A DNA stretch of 64,000 nt from Hormiphora californensis (GCA_020137815.1 CM035350.1:4960001-5024000), one strand, 5' to 3'. Shown: positions 36,601 to 48,120, counted from the stretch's first letter. Made by a program: numbers and translations. The notes: a model not told the origin generated them from the sequence alone.

Positions 36601-39600
36601 ATGTCCAGTCTCCAGACCAAGAAGACATACACCACTCTCGACAGTGTCAACGATGCTCTTCTTGCCGGCAAGGGTACCTACAAGGGATTCACCAGGATCT
36701 CTTCTGGAAAGTATCAGCTCAACAAGGGTAATACCCAATCTATCAAGGTTGGCTACTTTGCCTCTGAACACATTGGAACCTACACTTCTTATGGAAATTA
36801 CATGTGGGCAAAGAACTCTGGCAAGAAACTTTCTGGAGCTGCTTCCACCACCAAGCACAAGACCCTCGCTGCCGCCATGAAGGCTTGTGTGTCCAACAGC
36901 AAGTGTAACGGAGTTACCAAACAGTCCAGCACCTACTACCAGGAGAACACTGGAACCACTGCCACCACTTCATCTGGAAAGGTTGCCTACATCAAGGGAA
37001 ATAAGTACAAGTTGCAGAGCGACTACTACTGGTCTGAGCTTGATGGGGTTACTCTGTCTGGATACGCAGATAAGAAAACCTACAAGACTCTCACCACTGC
37101 AATTTCTGCTTGTGCCAAGAACAAAAAGTGTAATGGTGTCACCTATGAAAAGGCTAAGACCTACAGGATCAACACTGGTGACAAGCCCAGCTACTACGCC
37201 ACCAGGAAGGTCTACTTCAAGGGTGGTGAGAATATCAAGGTTGTGGCCTTCAGCAAGCTAAGCCAGGGATACACCTGGTCTGTGAAGAAGCCTTTCAAGC
37301 TCACCGGATCAGCTGACAAGAAAACATACACAACACTCAAGAAGGCTCTCAAGGCATGTACCAAAAACTCCAAGTGTAACGGAGTAACCAAGGAGGGAAC
37401 TAAGAAGTACAAACTGAACACCGGGGCCACTCCTGAGGCTCACAAGACCTACAAGGTCTATGTCAAGGGAGGCAAATCGGTGGTTGCCGGTGGAAAGGCT
37501 TGGAGTACCAAGAGTGACAAGACCCTCGGAGGTCTCGGATCAAAGGAGTATACCAGTGCTACTGCAGCCTTCACTGCTTGTGCCAAGACAAGTGCCTGCC
37601 AGGGCGTTGTCAAGAAGAAGACTGGAAAGTATGTCCTTGCCACCAAGTCTACCTCTAAGAAGGCTACCGGAGTTACATCTTACACCGTCGTCAGGTTAGT
37701 ATCTCAATTCTCAAAAATCATTTCGTAATCTTTAGTTCCATGCCCTTACCAATAAACTGTTTCAGTTCTGTGACGGTGGCAAATGACTATACCTGGACTT
37801 CCACATCTGATAACAAACTTACTGGATACGCTGACAAGAAGACCTACAAGACCCTCGCTGCCGCCCTCAAGGCTTGTGCCAGTAACGCCAAGTGTAACGG
37901 AGTTACCAAGGAGGGAACTAAGAAGTACAGGGCTAACACTGGTAGTGAGCCAACATCCAAGTCTGGAATGACGGCATATGTCAAGGGAGGTCTCCAGAAG
38001 TCAAGCAGGACTGTCTACCATACCAGTAAGAACATTTATAAACATTTCTTCTTCTTAGATATTTATCCAGTTTACTAACCAGACCTTTTTCAGATGGATT
38101 CTGGACCGTCAAGGCTCCATACAAGCTCTCCAAGGGCAAGCTGAAGGCCTACAAGACCGAGGCTGCTGCCTACAAGGCCTGTGCTGGGAACAAGAAGTGT
38201 AAGGGATTCACCCGTCACAGTGCCACATCCTACATCACCTACAGCGATGCCACTCTTACCGAGGCCCAGGGAATGCTCACCTACTTGAACGGTGGACCCT
38301 TCGTCCAATCCAACGGATACGCCTGGGGATACCATCCTGGCGCAAAACTCACCGGATATGCTGATACTAAGAAGTACAAGAAGGCCTCCAAGGCCATGAG
38401 TGCATGTGTCACTAGTACAACCTGTAAGGGTGTAACCCGGGAGGGATCTGGAAACTACAGGATCAACACTGGTAGCACCCCCACTACCAAGAAGGGAATG
38501 ACCTGCTGGATCAAGGGAGACAAATCTGAGAAGTACAGCAAGTACTATTTCACCAAGAAGTCAGACTACACAATGAGCAGTCTTGGTACCAAGAAGTACA
38601 CCACTGTTGCCGCTGCCAAGACCGCCTGTATCAAGTCCTCCAAATGTACTGGTGTCGTCAAGAAGGCCAGTAAGACCTACTACCTCTCCACTGGTTACAC
38701 CATCAGCACCAAGAGCGGATATCTGACCTATATCAAGGGAGGAAAGGAAATGAATCGACAGAGTCTCCTCATGAACAAGAGCGGATACAGCTGGCAATAC
38801 CTTGCTCCTGCCAAACTTAGCGGCAACTACAAGGCCCAAACTACCCTACCTGCTGCCCTCAAGGCGTGTGCTGCTGACAGCAACTGTCACGGAGTCACCT
38901 ACAAGGCTAAGAAGTACTACCTCTCCAAGGGATCTGCCCCTGAGCCTGGCAAAGGTACACAAGCCTGGGTGAAACTAGGATCTGGTTCTTCTTTCAAGGC
39001 CCAGAAAGTCTGGACTCAGTACAACGACCACAAGCTGGAGAGTTACGACAAGACCAACACCAAGGTATACACCACCAAGACCGCTGCTATGACTGCCTGT
39101 GCTAAATCCACCACCTGTAACGGTGTCTTCAAGAAGAGCTCTAAGAAGTTCAGGATCATGACCGATAAGACTCCAGTGGCATCTTCCGGGACTTCCGTCT
39201 ACCTTAAATCTGCAGTTATCAAACCTTCTCATGACTACCGGTACACCTCTACCAGTGGGTACTTGGCAACTGCTCTTCTGGACAAGAAATCTTACAAGAC
39301 CTTCCACAAAGCCGCTAAGGTTTGTTCAAGCAACGCCAAGTGTATGGGAATCACTAAGGTGAAGAAGGGAGTCTACAAGTTGTACTCCAGCGGAGCCTGC
39401 AAGGCCAGCACTGGGGCTGTTATGTACAGCAAGGGATCTTACTACAAGACCGAGCATGTTGTTTCTTTCGCTAACGAAGCCTTCAAGGCACAGTCTCCCA
39501 GCTCCTTCAAGGGCAAAAAACTCGGAACGGCCAAGACCATTGAACTGGCCATGGTTGGATGTTTGAAGAACAAGAAGAAGGGATGTAACGGCTTCGCTTA

Positions 39601-42600
39601 TGCCGGAGGAAAGTTCACTCTCTACAAGTACACCAGTGTCGTTACCCCCACCGTTGGATCCATGGTGTGGAAGCATTATGGAAAGGCCGTCAAGAGCGAC
39701 GGATACATTTGGGCTATGAAGGAAAAGTCTCGTCTAATCGGATATGACAGCAAAACATCATACACCACCCTCTCCAAGGCTACCTCTGCTTGTGCGAAAT
39801 CTGACACCTGTAAGGGAGTCACCAAGGAGGGAGCCAAGAAGTACAGGACCAACAACAATAACACTCCTAAAACTTCAAAGACCATGACTGCCTACATCAA
39901 GGGAAGCAAGTGGGCGCTCCACAACAACATCTACTACACCAAGATTGCTAGCCATGCCATTGAAGACGATTACGACAAAAAGACTTACAAGACCATGGCC
40001 TTGGCTGCTGCTGCCTGTAAGAAGAAGGCCGACTGTTCCGGTGTTACCTACAGCTCCAAGACCAAGAAGTACAGGATGGGCAAGGGATACACCTTTGAGC
40101 CTTCTCTCTACGAGAACATCTGGGTTCGTGGTGGAGTGAAACCTACTACTTATTCCATGAGCCTCAGTTACGGCGGCTATACCTGGGCCTTCAAGCAGCC
40201 CTACAAGCTGTCTGGATACGTTAACACTACCAAATATGCCACCAAGAAGAAGGCTCTGAAGGCTTGTGCCAAGAGCTCCAAGTGTAACGGAGTTACCAAG
40301 GAGGGAAAGAAGAACTACCGTCTCAACACCGGATCCACCCCTGTCCCTGGACCCAAGTTCCTTAAATGCTGGGTGAAGGGAGGAAAATCCGTCACATCTC
40401 ACTGTAAGTTATCCTATGATTTCAAATACTTTCGAATTTCCCTAGATTTTTAGGAATTTGTCTAAAAAACCTTCTTCTGATTGCAGCTTATACCTGGGGA
40501 ACCTACTCTGGGTACACACTCGGAGGACAGATTGGCAAGACGACATATGCTACCAGGTCCAAGGCCCTCACTGTGTGTACTAAGAACAGCAAGTGTAAGG
40601 CCGTCGTGCGACGTTCTGACAACAAGTACTTCCTCAGCTCCAAATCCATCTCCACCAAGGTTAGAAGCTAACTGGTTAAACTCAGAGTTTCTAACACGTC
40701 GGTTTTTTAGTTTACTTTTTATTCAATAACTTCGGTGCATTCGTGTTACCTACATTTCAAACTAACTTCAAACTAACTCTTCTCTTTCAGACCAAGAAGA
40801 GCAACTACAAGATTTACAAGAAGGGATCTAGCGCGGTTGCCAGCAGCGGTTACTCCTACTCCACCATGACAAACTACGTGTATGGAGGTCTGGACAAGAC
40901 CGTTTACAAAACAATCGATGCTGCCGGTGCTGCGTGTGCCAAGAAGTCTACCTGTACTGGTATTGTCAAGGTCAGCAAAGGCAAGTACCAGATTGCTACC
41001 GGATCCGACATCACGAAGGGAACTGGCAAGACTCTGTATGTGAAGGGAGGCAAGGATTACACCTCCAGGGATATCTACTTTGGGGCTGAGATGTGGACCG
41101 CCAAGGCCCCCTACACCCTCTCCGGGAACCAAGGCCGATACTAAGACATACAAAGACAGGGATAATGCACTGAGGCATTGTCTGGCCAACACCGCTTGTA
41201 ATGGAGTTACTCTGACCGGAGGAAAGTACACCCTCTACAAATCCTCTACCACCACCGAGAAAGATGGATCTGTCTCTTGGATTCGTCGTGGTGACATCCT
41301 CGCTTCTAATGGTTACTTCTGGGATAAACAGAAGGGTAAAACTCTCACTGGATATTTCGATTCTACCAAATACACCACTCTCGCCAAGGCCACCGCCGCC
41401 TGTTCCAAGGCCACTTCCTGTAAGGGAGTCACCAAGGAGGGAACCAAGAAGTACAGGACCAACACTGGCAGTACCTTCAGCACCAACAACGGCCGTACCG
41501 CCTGGAGGCAGGAAGATCCCTTCGTTCTCCACGGTGGAATGTACTACACCAAGTTGTCTGGTAAGAAGCTGAGCAGCATCCAGACCAAGAAGGCTTACGC
41601 CACCGAGGCCAAGGCTGCTGCCGCCTGTTTCAAGGCTGCTAAGACCTGCACTGGATTTGTTCTCAAGAGCAAGAAGTACTACCTGACCAAGGGATGGACT
41701 CTTTATACCGACTCCGACTACACAGCCTTTGTGAGGAACCACGAGTAAGTATTGACATAATTCTACCAATATTGTAAGCTAAGTACGTAACTCCCCCATA
41801 TAATTTGGTAATTAACTCCTCCCCTCTCTCTCCCAGGAAGGTTGTGAATGTAGAATACACAACTATGTACGGTGGATACTCCTACTCAGTGAAGGGGCCC
41901 TTCATGCACGAGCCCAAGAAGTTTGGAAAGACCGCCTACGCCACCCTCAACAAGTGTCTGGCTGCTTGTAACAAGAGTACCAAGTGTAAGGGATGCAGTT
42001 ACTTTGGCAAAAAGAAGAAGTACTACACTTCCACTGATAGTAAGGTGTACCTAGGAGGAGGCAAGGATAAGGCATTCAGCAAGGGAGGTAAATCTGTCGT
42101 TAACAACAGCTACATCTTCGAATCCAAGGCATCTGGTACTAAGATCAAGGGAGATTATCTTGACTCAACCACCTACACCAGCCTCGGTAAGGCCATGGAG
42201 GCCTGTGCTAAGAAGACCGGATGTACCGGGTTCACCAAGACCGGTAAAAACAAGTACAGACTGGGCAAGACCAGCACTGTTGTAACGAAGAAGGGAATGC
42301 AGGCGTATCTCAAGGGAAGTACCGTGACTGCCTACCATCTGAAACTGTGGCCACATATGTCCGATATGGTTATTACCGGACAAGGGAAGACCGCCCTGAA
42401 GACCAAGAAGAAGGCCATGATTGCGTGTTCTAAGAACGCCAAGTGTACTGGTGTGAACAAGGTGGGAGGAAAGTATTACCAGGCTACCGGTGATAGCTAC
42501 ACCGTCAAATCAGGAGGAGAGGCCTGGGTCAAGGGGTCCTCTTACACTCCTTCCTTCACATATGACAGTAAGTTGATTCAGAGAAGGAGAGGGAGAGGGA

Positions 42601-43855
42601 ACTGAGGGAGTTGAACAGGGAGGGTGAAGAGATGAGATGGGAAATATGGCGAGAGGGGATGGGTGAAAGTAGAAAGTTTAGCAATTCAGCCAATTTCTAA
42701 CAACTCTCCTAAACCCCACTAGACACTGTCTGGTACTACAAGGACGGATACAAGACTAGCGGAGACATTGGATTCGGAACCACCAGCTACACCTCTAAGG
42801 ACAAGGCTATGTACTGGTGTGTGCGTAACCCCATCTGTAACTCGGTTCACTACACAAAAAAGAAGTATCATTTGAGAAGTGGAACCAAGGTTACCGAGGC
42901 TGAAAACGACAAGGCCTGGACATACGGAAGTAAGTGTAATTAGAACTAGAAATGAATTTATTAAGTAGTTGATGAATTTAATAGGGTTAGCACTTGATGA
43001 ATTTATTCAACAGATCAATTAGTTGAATCATGGGACTGATATCAAGCCACTAATACTCGATGTTTCAGCTTCCAAGGTTGATTTCACAAAGGTTGCACTG
43101 CCTGTTGCGGGAGGAATGTGGAACCCCCGCCCTGGATATAAACTGGGTAGCAAACTTGAGAAGAAGAAGACCTACAAGACACTACCCTTGGCTGCCAAGG
43201 CCTGTTTGGCTAACCCCAAGTGTTCTGGAATCATGTATACTACCAAGACCAAAACATACACCATTCATGGGTCTGACCAGGTCTCTTCTGGAAAGGGTAG
43301 GTGATCACATTAAATCGGCAAACTACTCAGTCGAATCATTTGCCAATATTATGAGAATCGATTAAACTATGTAAATAAAATTAACCCATGGTCTTAATCT
43401 CAGGATACATTGCATACCCTAAGAAGTACGTCTGTGACGGAGCCTGTAAGGTGACAAAGAAGGGTAAGGTTCTTTCCATCGACCTCAAGTACTGCTTCAA
43501 GGTTCACAGGATGGAGATCTCCAACAAGGCAAATTGCTGCTCCAAGAATACCGGCAAAGTTGTTGTAAGTAAAAATACCCTGCAGAAAATAACACCACAG
43601 TCCACAAACCTAAAATACATCACCCCTACACTGCAGTCGTTATTAACGGGAAATATTAAAAACAAATTCTCACCTCAGATCAAGAATGGTTCCAAGACGT
43701 GTGCCAGTCTCACCATGAACGGCAAGACCTCCGCCATGAAGTTGGATTGTGCGAGTGGAGCCGTGGGTACGAAGATCACCATGACCTTCGCTAACATCGG
43801 GGATATCAACCTCGTCGGTCTTGGTCTCGTCGTTGAGGGTTCGGATGCATGCTAA
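23993..43855 (+). CDS. Gene B: giant secreted protein (~5,300 aa): signal peptide, Gly-Pro tracts, 2 x (tectonin beta-propeller + PAN-like module), 53 PAN/apple-like modules, C-terminal F-type-lectin-like domain
   Basis: Exons: 23993-24452, 24507-24632, 24732-26010, 26093-26369, 26518-26625, 26759-27013, 27079-27428, 27594-27873, 28032-28139, 28250-28393, 28528-28858, 28967-29103, 29438-29571, 29689-29815, 29891-30155, 30324-30488, 30732-31425, 31525-31667, 31751-34355, 34482-34638, 34874-34998, 35082-36476, 36569-37694, 37766-38025, 38094-40403, 40487-40659, 40791-41744, 41837-42567, 42723-42929, 43069-43296, 43404-43564, 43679-43855. Splice sites are GT..AG with compatible phases. Starts [17 protein letters not shown] and ends ...[12 protein letters not shown]. 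Apparent frameshifts near 25590, 30144, 31290 and 41125. Confidence 0.88.
24047..24445 (+). repeat. Coding Gly-Pro repeat tract 1 (GPG, GDDGP, then 11-aa [11 protein letters not shown] units of 33 bp)
   Basis: Direct translation of ORF 23993-24472. Confidence 0.9.
24537..26310 (+). other. Tectonin-type (TECPR/tachylectin-1-like) beta-propeller 1 of gene B, six repeats, interrupted by a Gly-Pro tract
   Basis: Six W-x-x-I/V-x-G-x-L-x-x-I-x-V...V-W-G-V-N-x-x-x-x-I-Y/W repeats: [48 protein letters not shown]. Confidence 0.85.
24735..25665 (+). repeat. Coding Gly-Pro-Lys repeat tract 2 ((GPG)n, [16 protein letters not shown])
   Basis: ORFs 24695-25801 and 25591-26100, joined across a probable indel error at ~25590. 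Confidence 0.9.
26915..27810 (+). other. Tectonin-type beta-propeller 2 of gene B, six repeats
   Basis: Repeats [48 protein letters not shown]. Intron positions match those of propeller 1. Confidence 0.85.
29113..29392. repeat. ~100-bp tandem repeat (2 good copies, 1 degenerate) filling a gene-B-specific intron
   Basis: tactagtttacagccagagtttacaa...cactccgtccctgatcagacactgcaacactcacaatatgctg occurs at ~29113 and ~29214, with a decayed copy at ~29325. Confidence 0.85.
30624..30681. repeat. (CT)n microsatellite in a gene B intron
   Basis: Directly visible. Confidence 0.95.
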
Positions 43856-45295
43856 AAAAATAAACAGATAAATGTTTAGCGTTCGTCAAATTGTATAAAT
43901 TGGAAGTAGTATTTTGTTATCTGCTGTGCGGAATACAATGTACATTTTAGCTTTCTGTGAAAGTAAATGTTGTATGATCTACTAACTACTTTTCTATTAA
44001 ACTGACTTTATCCGTTCTAACAACAAATCAATCGCAAAGCCAGAAGATAAGTTTTCTCGCGACGCTTGATTTCACGATTGGATTTGGGATTCAAACGCGT
44101 GACACGTGTGACTATGCAGACCAAGAGCTTTGACGTGTTCCTCGTCTATCTGTCAGCTCTCACACCGGGCCGAAGGCCAGGTGTGAGCTTACGCGAGCCC
44201 GAAGGCGCTTAAAGTGCCGAACAGACAGACTGTGTAGCATGGCAACGAGAGCTCGGAAAAAGTTCAAAACGGTTAGTTAGTCCTGGCTCACATCTAAAAT
44301 TGGCATACGTTGCAGGCCCCTGAGGGGGGCTGCAGCGCATTCCAACATCTACATGAACAGGATCGGACAGAATAAGAGCGGAGATGATGCAGGTGGCCGT
44401 AGGACGCTGTAAAGTTTAAAAAGCTTAGCAGTACCCGCGCGGCGCGAAAACTCGATATGCGCGCATCGGAATCGAAAAAAAATTTGCGATGGCCATTTTT
44501 TAAAACTTTAAAAATCCCAGATTTAAAAAAGTTGTGGGAAATTTCGCTTTTGCAGTTTGCTTTAGCAATTTATTTGAAAAGCGCTGCCTTATCCCGCGCT
44601 GCGCGTTTGCCAAGCAATTTATACGCTGGCGCCCAGCTCCGTCTCTGCTTTCAACATCATTCACAAGATTTGTCTGTTCTATTTTTGGTTCTCAAAACTC
44701 TCACGAAAAAACCGTACACTGCTACCGGACGGCGGGCATGCCCCCTGTGCAGTAGGGGGTGCTATTTGGGGGAAATTTTTTTTTTGCAACAGATATCCCA
44801 AAAGTTAAGACGGATTCTGTAGAGTAGACCCTAATTAGCAAGTGTACGAAAGGGGAAGTCTAGATCTTTGTGATCTCTGTGTTCAGGGGGTTTTTGTAGA
44901 TAAGAAAAAGTTTAGAACTTATCCCCTAAAAACGACTGTTCCCGATATCTTAGAGCTCTAAAACTTTGCAGATCGGCTTTATATGATAAAATACAAAGTT
45001 GGTAAAAATTTCAGACCTTTAGCTCAAAATTCATTTTCATGACCGGAATGAACTTTGTTCATTCTCTCAATCAGGAGTCCATTTGACTTCAGAATTTTAT
45101 TAGAAATGTTGGCAATCGATTATCTGCAAAATGCGACCAACGAGAGCCAAAACGGACCACCACAAGACACGCGGTGATCTGATCTCCAAAGTCGGTTAGG
45201 ACATTCATAATCCTTGCTAAATATGACCTAGTTTTTGCACGGTTGCCGACATCGGATAGGTCTAAAATTTAGCACAGTGGCTCTAAACAATGTGT

Positions 45296-46203
45296 AGATG
45301 AGATTAGCAAAGTTTCAGGCTTAAAGCTCAAAATTCATTTTTATGACTGGAATGAACTTCGTTCATTCTCTCAATCAGGAGGTCATTTGACTCCAGAATT
45401 TCAATAAATGTGTTTGGCAATCAATAAACTGCCAAATGGGATCGGATCACATTGGAGAATCTGACCCAGCACCCGATGGATCAGATCACATTATAGAAAT
45501 ATGGTCCACCAGCCCATGGATCAGATCACATTATAAGGATCTGGTCCACCACCCATGGATCAGATCACATTTTAGGGATCTGGTCCACCAAACCATGGAT
45601 CAGATCACATAACAGGGATGTTATCCACCACCCATGGATCAGATCACATAACAGGTATCTTATCCAACACCCCATGGATCAGATCAAATTAAAGGGATCT
45701 GATCTACCACCCATGGAATCAGATCACATTATAGATATCTGATCCACCCACCCCATGGATCAGATCATATTATAGGGATCTGGTCACCAACCCATGGATC
45801 AGATCACATAACAGGGATCTTATCCATCACCCCATGGATCAGATCACATTTTAGGGATCTGGTCCGCCAACCCATGGATCAGATCACATTATAAGGATCT
45901 GGTCCACCACCATGGATCAGATCACATTTTAGGGATCTGGTAGATGAGATTAGCAAAGTTTCAGGGCTTAAGCTCAAATTCATTTTTATGACTGGAATGA
46001 ACTTTGTTAATTCTCTCAATCAGGAGGTCATTTGACTTCAGAATTTCAATAAATGTGTTTGGCAATCAATAAACTGCCAAATGGATCGGATCACATTGGA
46101 GAATCTGACCCGGCACCCGATGGATCAGATCACATTATAGAAATCTGGTCCACCACCCATGGATCAGATCACATTTTAGGGAATCTGGTTCCACCAATCC
46201 ATG
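45296..46203. repeat. Compound repeat: ~180-bp unit followed by a 40-41-bp minisatellite (~12 copies, then 2 copies)
   Basis: The unit cccatggatcagatcacattttagggatctggtccacca is repeated across 45478-45940 and 46120-46203. The leader tagatgagattagcaaagtttcagg... occurs at 45296 and 45941. Confidence 0.92.
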
Positions 46204-46567
46204 GCTGCACAGTGTGCAGCCGTGAGGTCTGACTCATATCACTGAGTCATGGGTGGTGCGAGCTTTTTGAACCTCACCTTGCATCACAAAAAGAACATGG
46301 AACTGCACAATGGAAATTTAATGGCCAAAGAACATGGACTACATGGGTAATCGGATGAAAATTCAGCCGGTACCCTGATCAAAGTAGCAAAGCTCAGACA
46401 TGATTATTGATAATATGGCCAGAGGCCTACATCTGAGAAAGTATTAAAAATTAATACATACTAGTGACTTTCTCTCGGTGATAAATCGAATCCCCTATAT
46501 AGTTGGAATTCTGGAAAACTGTCGATGATGCATTATTCAAAAGTTCTTACATCGTCTTTTGTCTCTT

Positions 46568-46684
46568 ACTAGAGTACCCGTTTGCTGGGAACCCGTGACC
46601 TGGTAAATGGTAATTTATCCTCATACTAGAGTACCCGTTTGCTGGGAACCCGTGACCTGGTAAATGGTTAATTTATCCTCATAT
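46568..46684. repeat. 57-bp tandem duplication (also at ~61571-61686)
   Basis: tactagagtacccgtttgctgggaacccgtgacctggtaaatggtaatttatcctca occurs twice. Confidence 0.9.
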
Positions 46685-47391
46685 AACCGGGTGACATTGC
46701 ATTTGTGTTTGATTTTTTAAATATAATTTGTTTGTTCGAGTCTCTCAGTCTCACAGTAGGAGCGGTAGATCAGTACGTGCAGAAGAAAGTCGCGCGCCAC
46801 CTAATCTCAGGTTACTCTCAAGGCTTCATTTCGCAATCCAATCCAAAAGTGACCTTCATCAAACCTGTACTGTTAGATCTCCTCAAGGAGAAGCGAAAAC
46901 TTGAGGGACATTTCTTGATTGGATGCGACCTCGAGGAGCATGACAATCGCAAAAAAGGGTGGTGGCAGAGGCGTTTTTTATTTTAACCACGTGGGGGGAT
47001 CTAACTTTTTTTTTTTTTGAAAATTCACAAACCCCCAACACCGTTTGGCATCACTTTCCAACAGCCGAAGAGAAGCTCCCGAAGAGAGAAAGGGGGGTAA
47101 GCGTATAGAGTTAACGCGATGGGGGTTCCATTCAATTGGGTTCGATCTTTTGCCCCCGGTGTGGGGGTTAGTAAAAAATCTTAAATCACTACACTAAACA
47201 AAAATAATAAATTTTACAAATAAAATCTCACACACGATTCAGATATTGAAGTAAATACTCCCAAGCCTACTGGGTTGTATTTTTAATTCGACATCCCCTC
47301 AGAAAATCTCAATGTTGCGATCAGCAACAGAATCTCAGCCTCCTTCTGATAGCTGCCAACGCCTGATCTAACCAATCCTACTACATGATAC

Positions 47392-48120
47392 ACATTGGGT
47401 TTTTGAAAAAACGGGCCCTTACAATTTTGGCGAGGCGGGGGAAATCGTTTACTGTAACGCAGCGAATTTCCCCAAAAAAGCGCTGCTTTTTTACGCCCCC
47501 GCGGCCCAAACCTGAATTACGCGCGCAGTTTTAAAATTTTAAAATTCATTTGAAAATTTCCTCTCGTTCGCGTTATATGTCGCCAAAAAAAAGTCGACGA
47601 AAAATTCCAAATTCGTGAATTATAAGAACTCCGGTCAGTTCTCATCTTGCCAATCCGTTTTCCGGGAACCCCTGGCCAAAGGACATTAAAATTCACTACC
47701 GAACAAGTTTCATATCGATTGGATAAGATTTTGGGTGGCTACGGTGAAAAATATCGTATTTTTGGCATTTTTAACTTTCCCGACGCGATTTACGACCCTT
47801 AAACATTGAGTTACGGGAAATCGCGATCAAGTAAATGAAGTTCAAACGATTCTCTTTCCCCACTATCGCCGTTAGTTTTTTGATTTAGAGCCGTTTTCAG
47901 GGTCTTAGAAGCGTTTGAAAAATGTAAGTCTTTTTGTCGCAATTACGTCACCCCGTGACGTCACTGTTGTAAGATCGGATCAAAATCTGAGCCCGTACTT
48001 ACACCCGCCTTGGTCCCAAAGTACCAGTGTACAAATTTTCAGGGTCTAGCTCAAAAACTGTAGGAGGAGTAGGGAGAAAACAATTATCGGACTAACATTT
48101 TGGAAATTATATATGGAATA
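47392..48120. repeat. Dispersed repeat family (copies or fragments at 49132-49265, 56745-57170, 62381-63105)
   Basis: The start acattgggtttt(c)gaaaaaacggccattacaattttggcgaggcggg and the body ...ataagaactccggtcagttctcatcttgcc... recur. No coding capacity seen. Confidence 0.8.

Noticed and set aside
45478-45940. 40-bp repeat array superficially like a CRISPR array
   Set aside because: Units are contiguous variants of one another with no unique spacers, there are no cas genes, and the context is eukaryotic.
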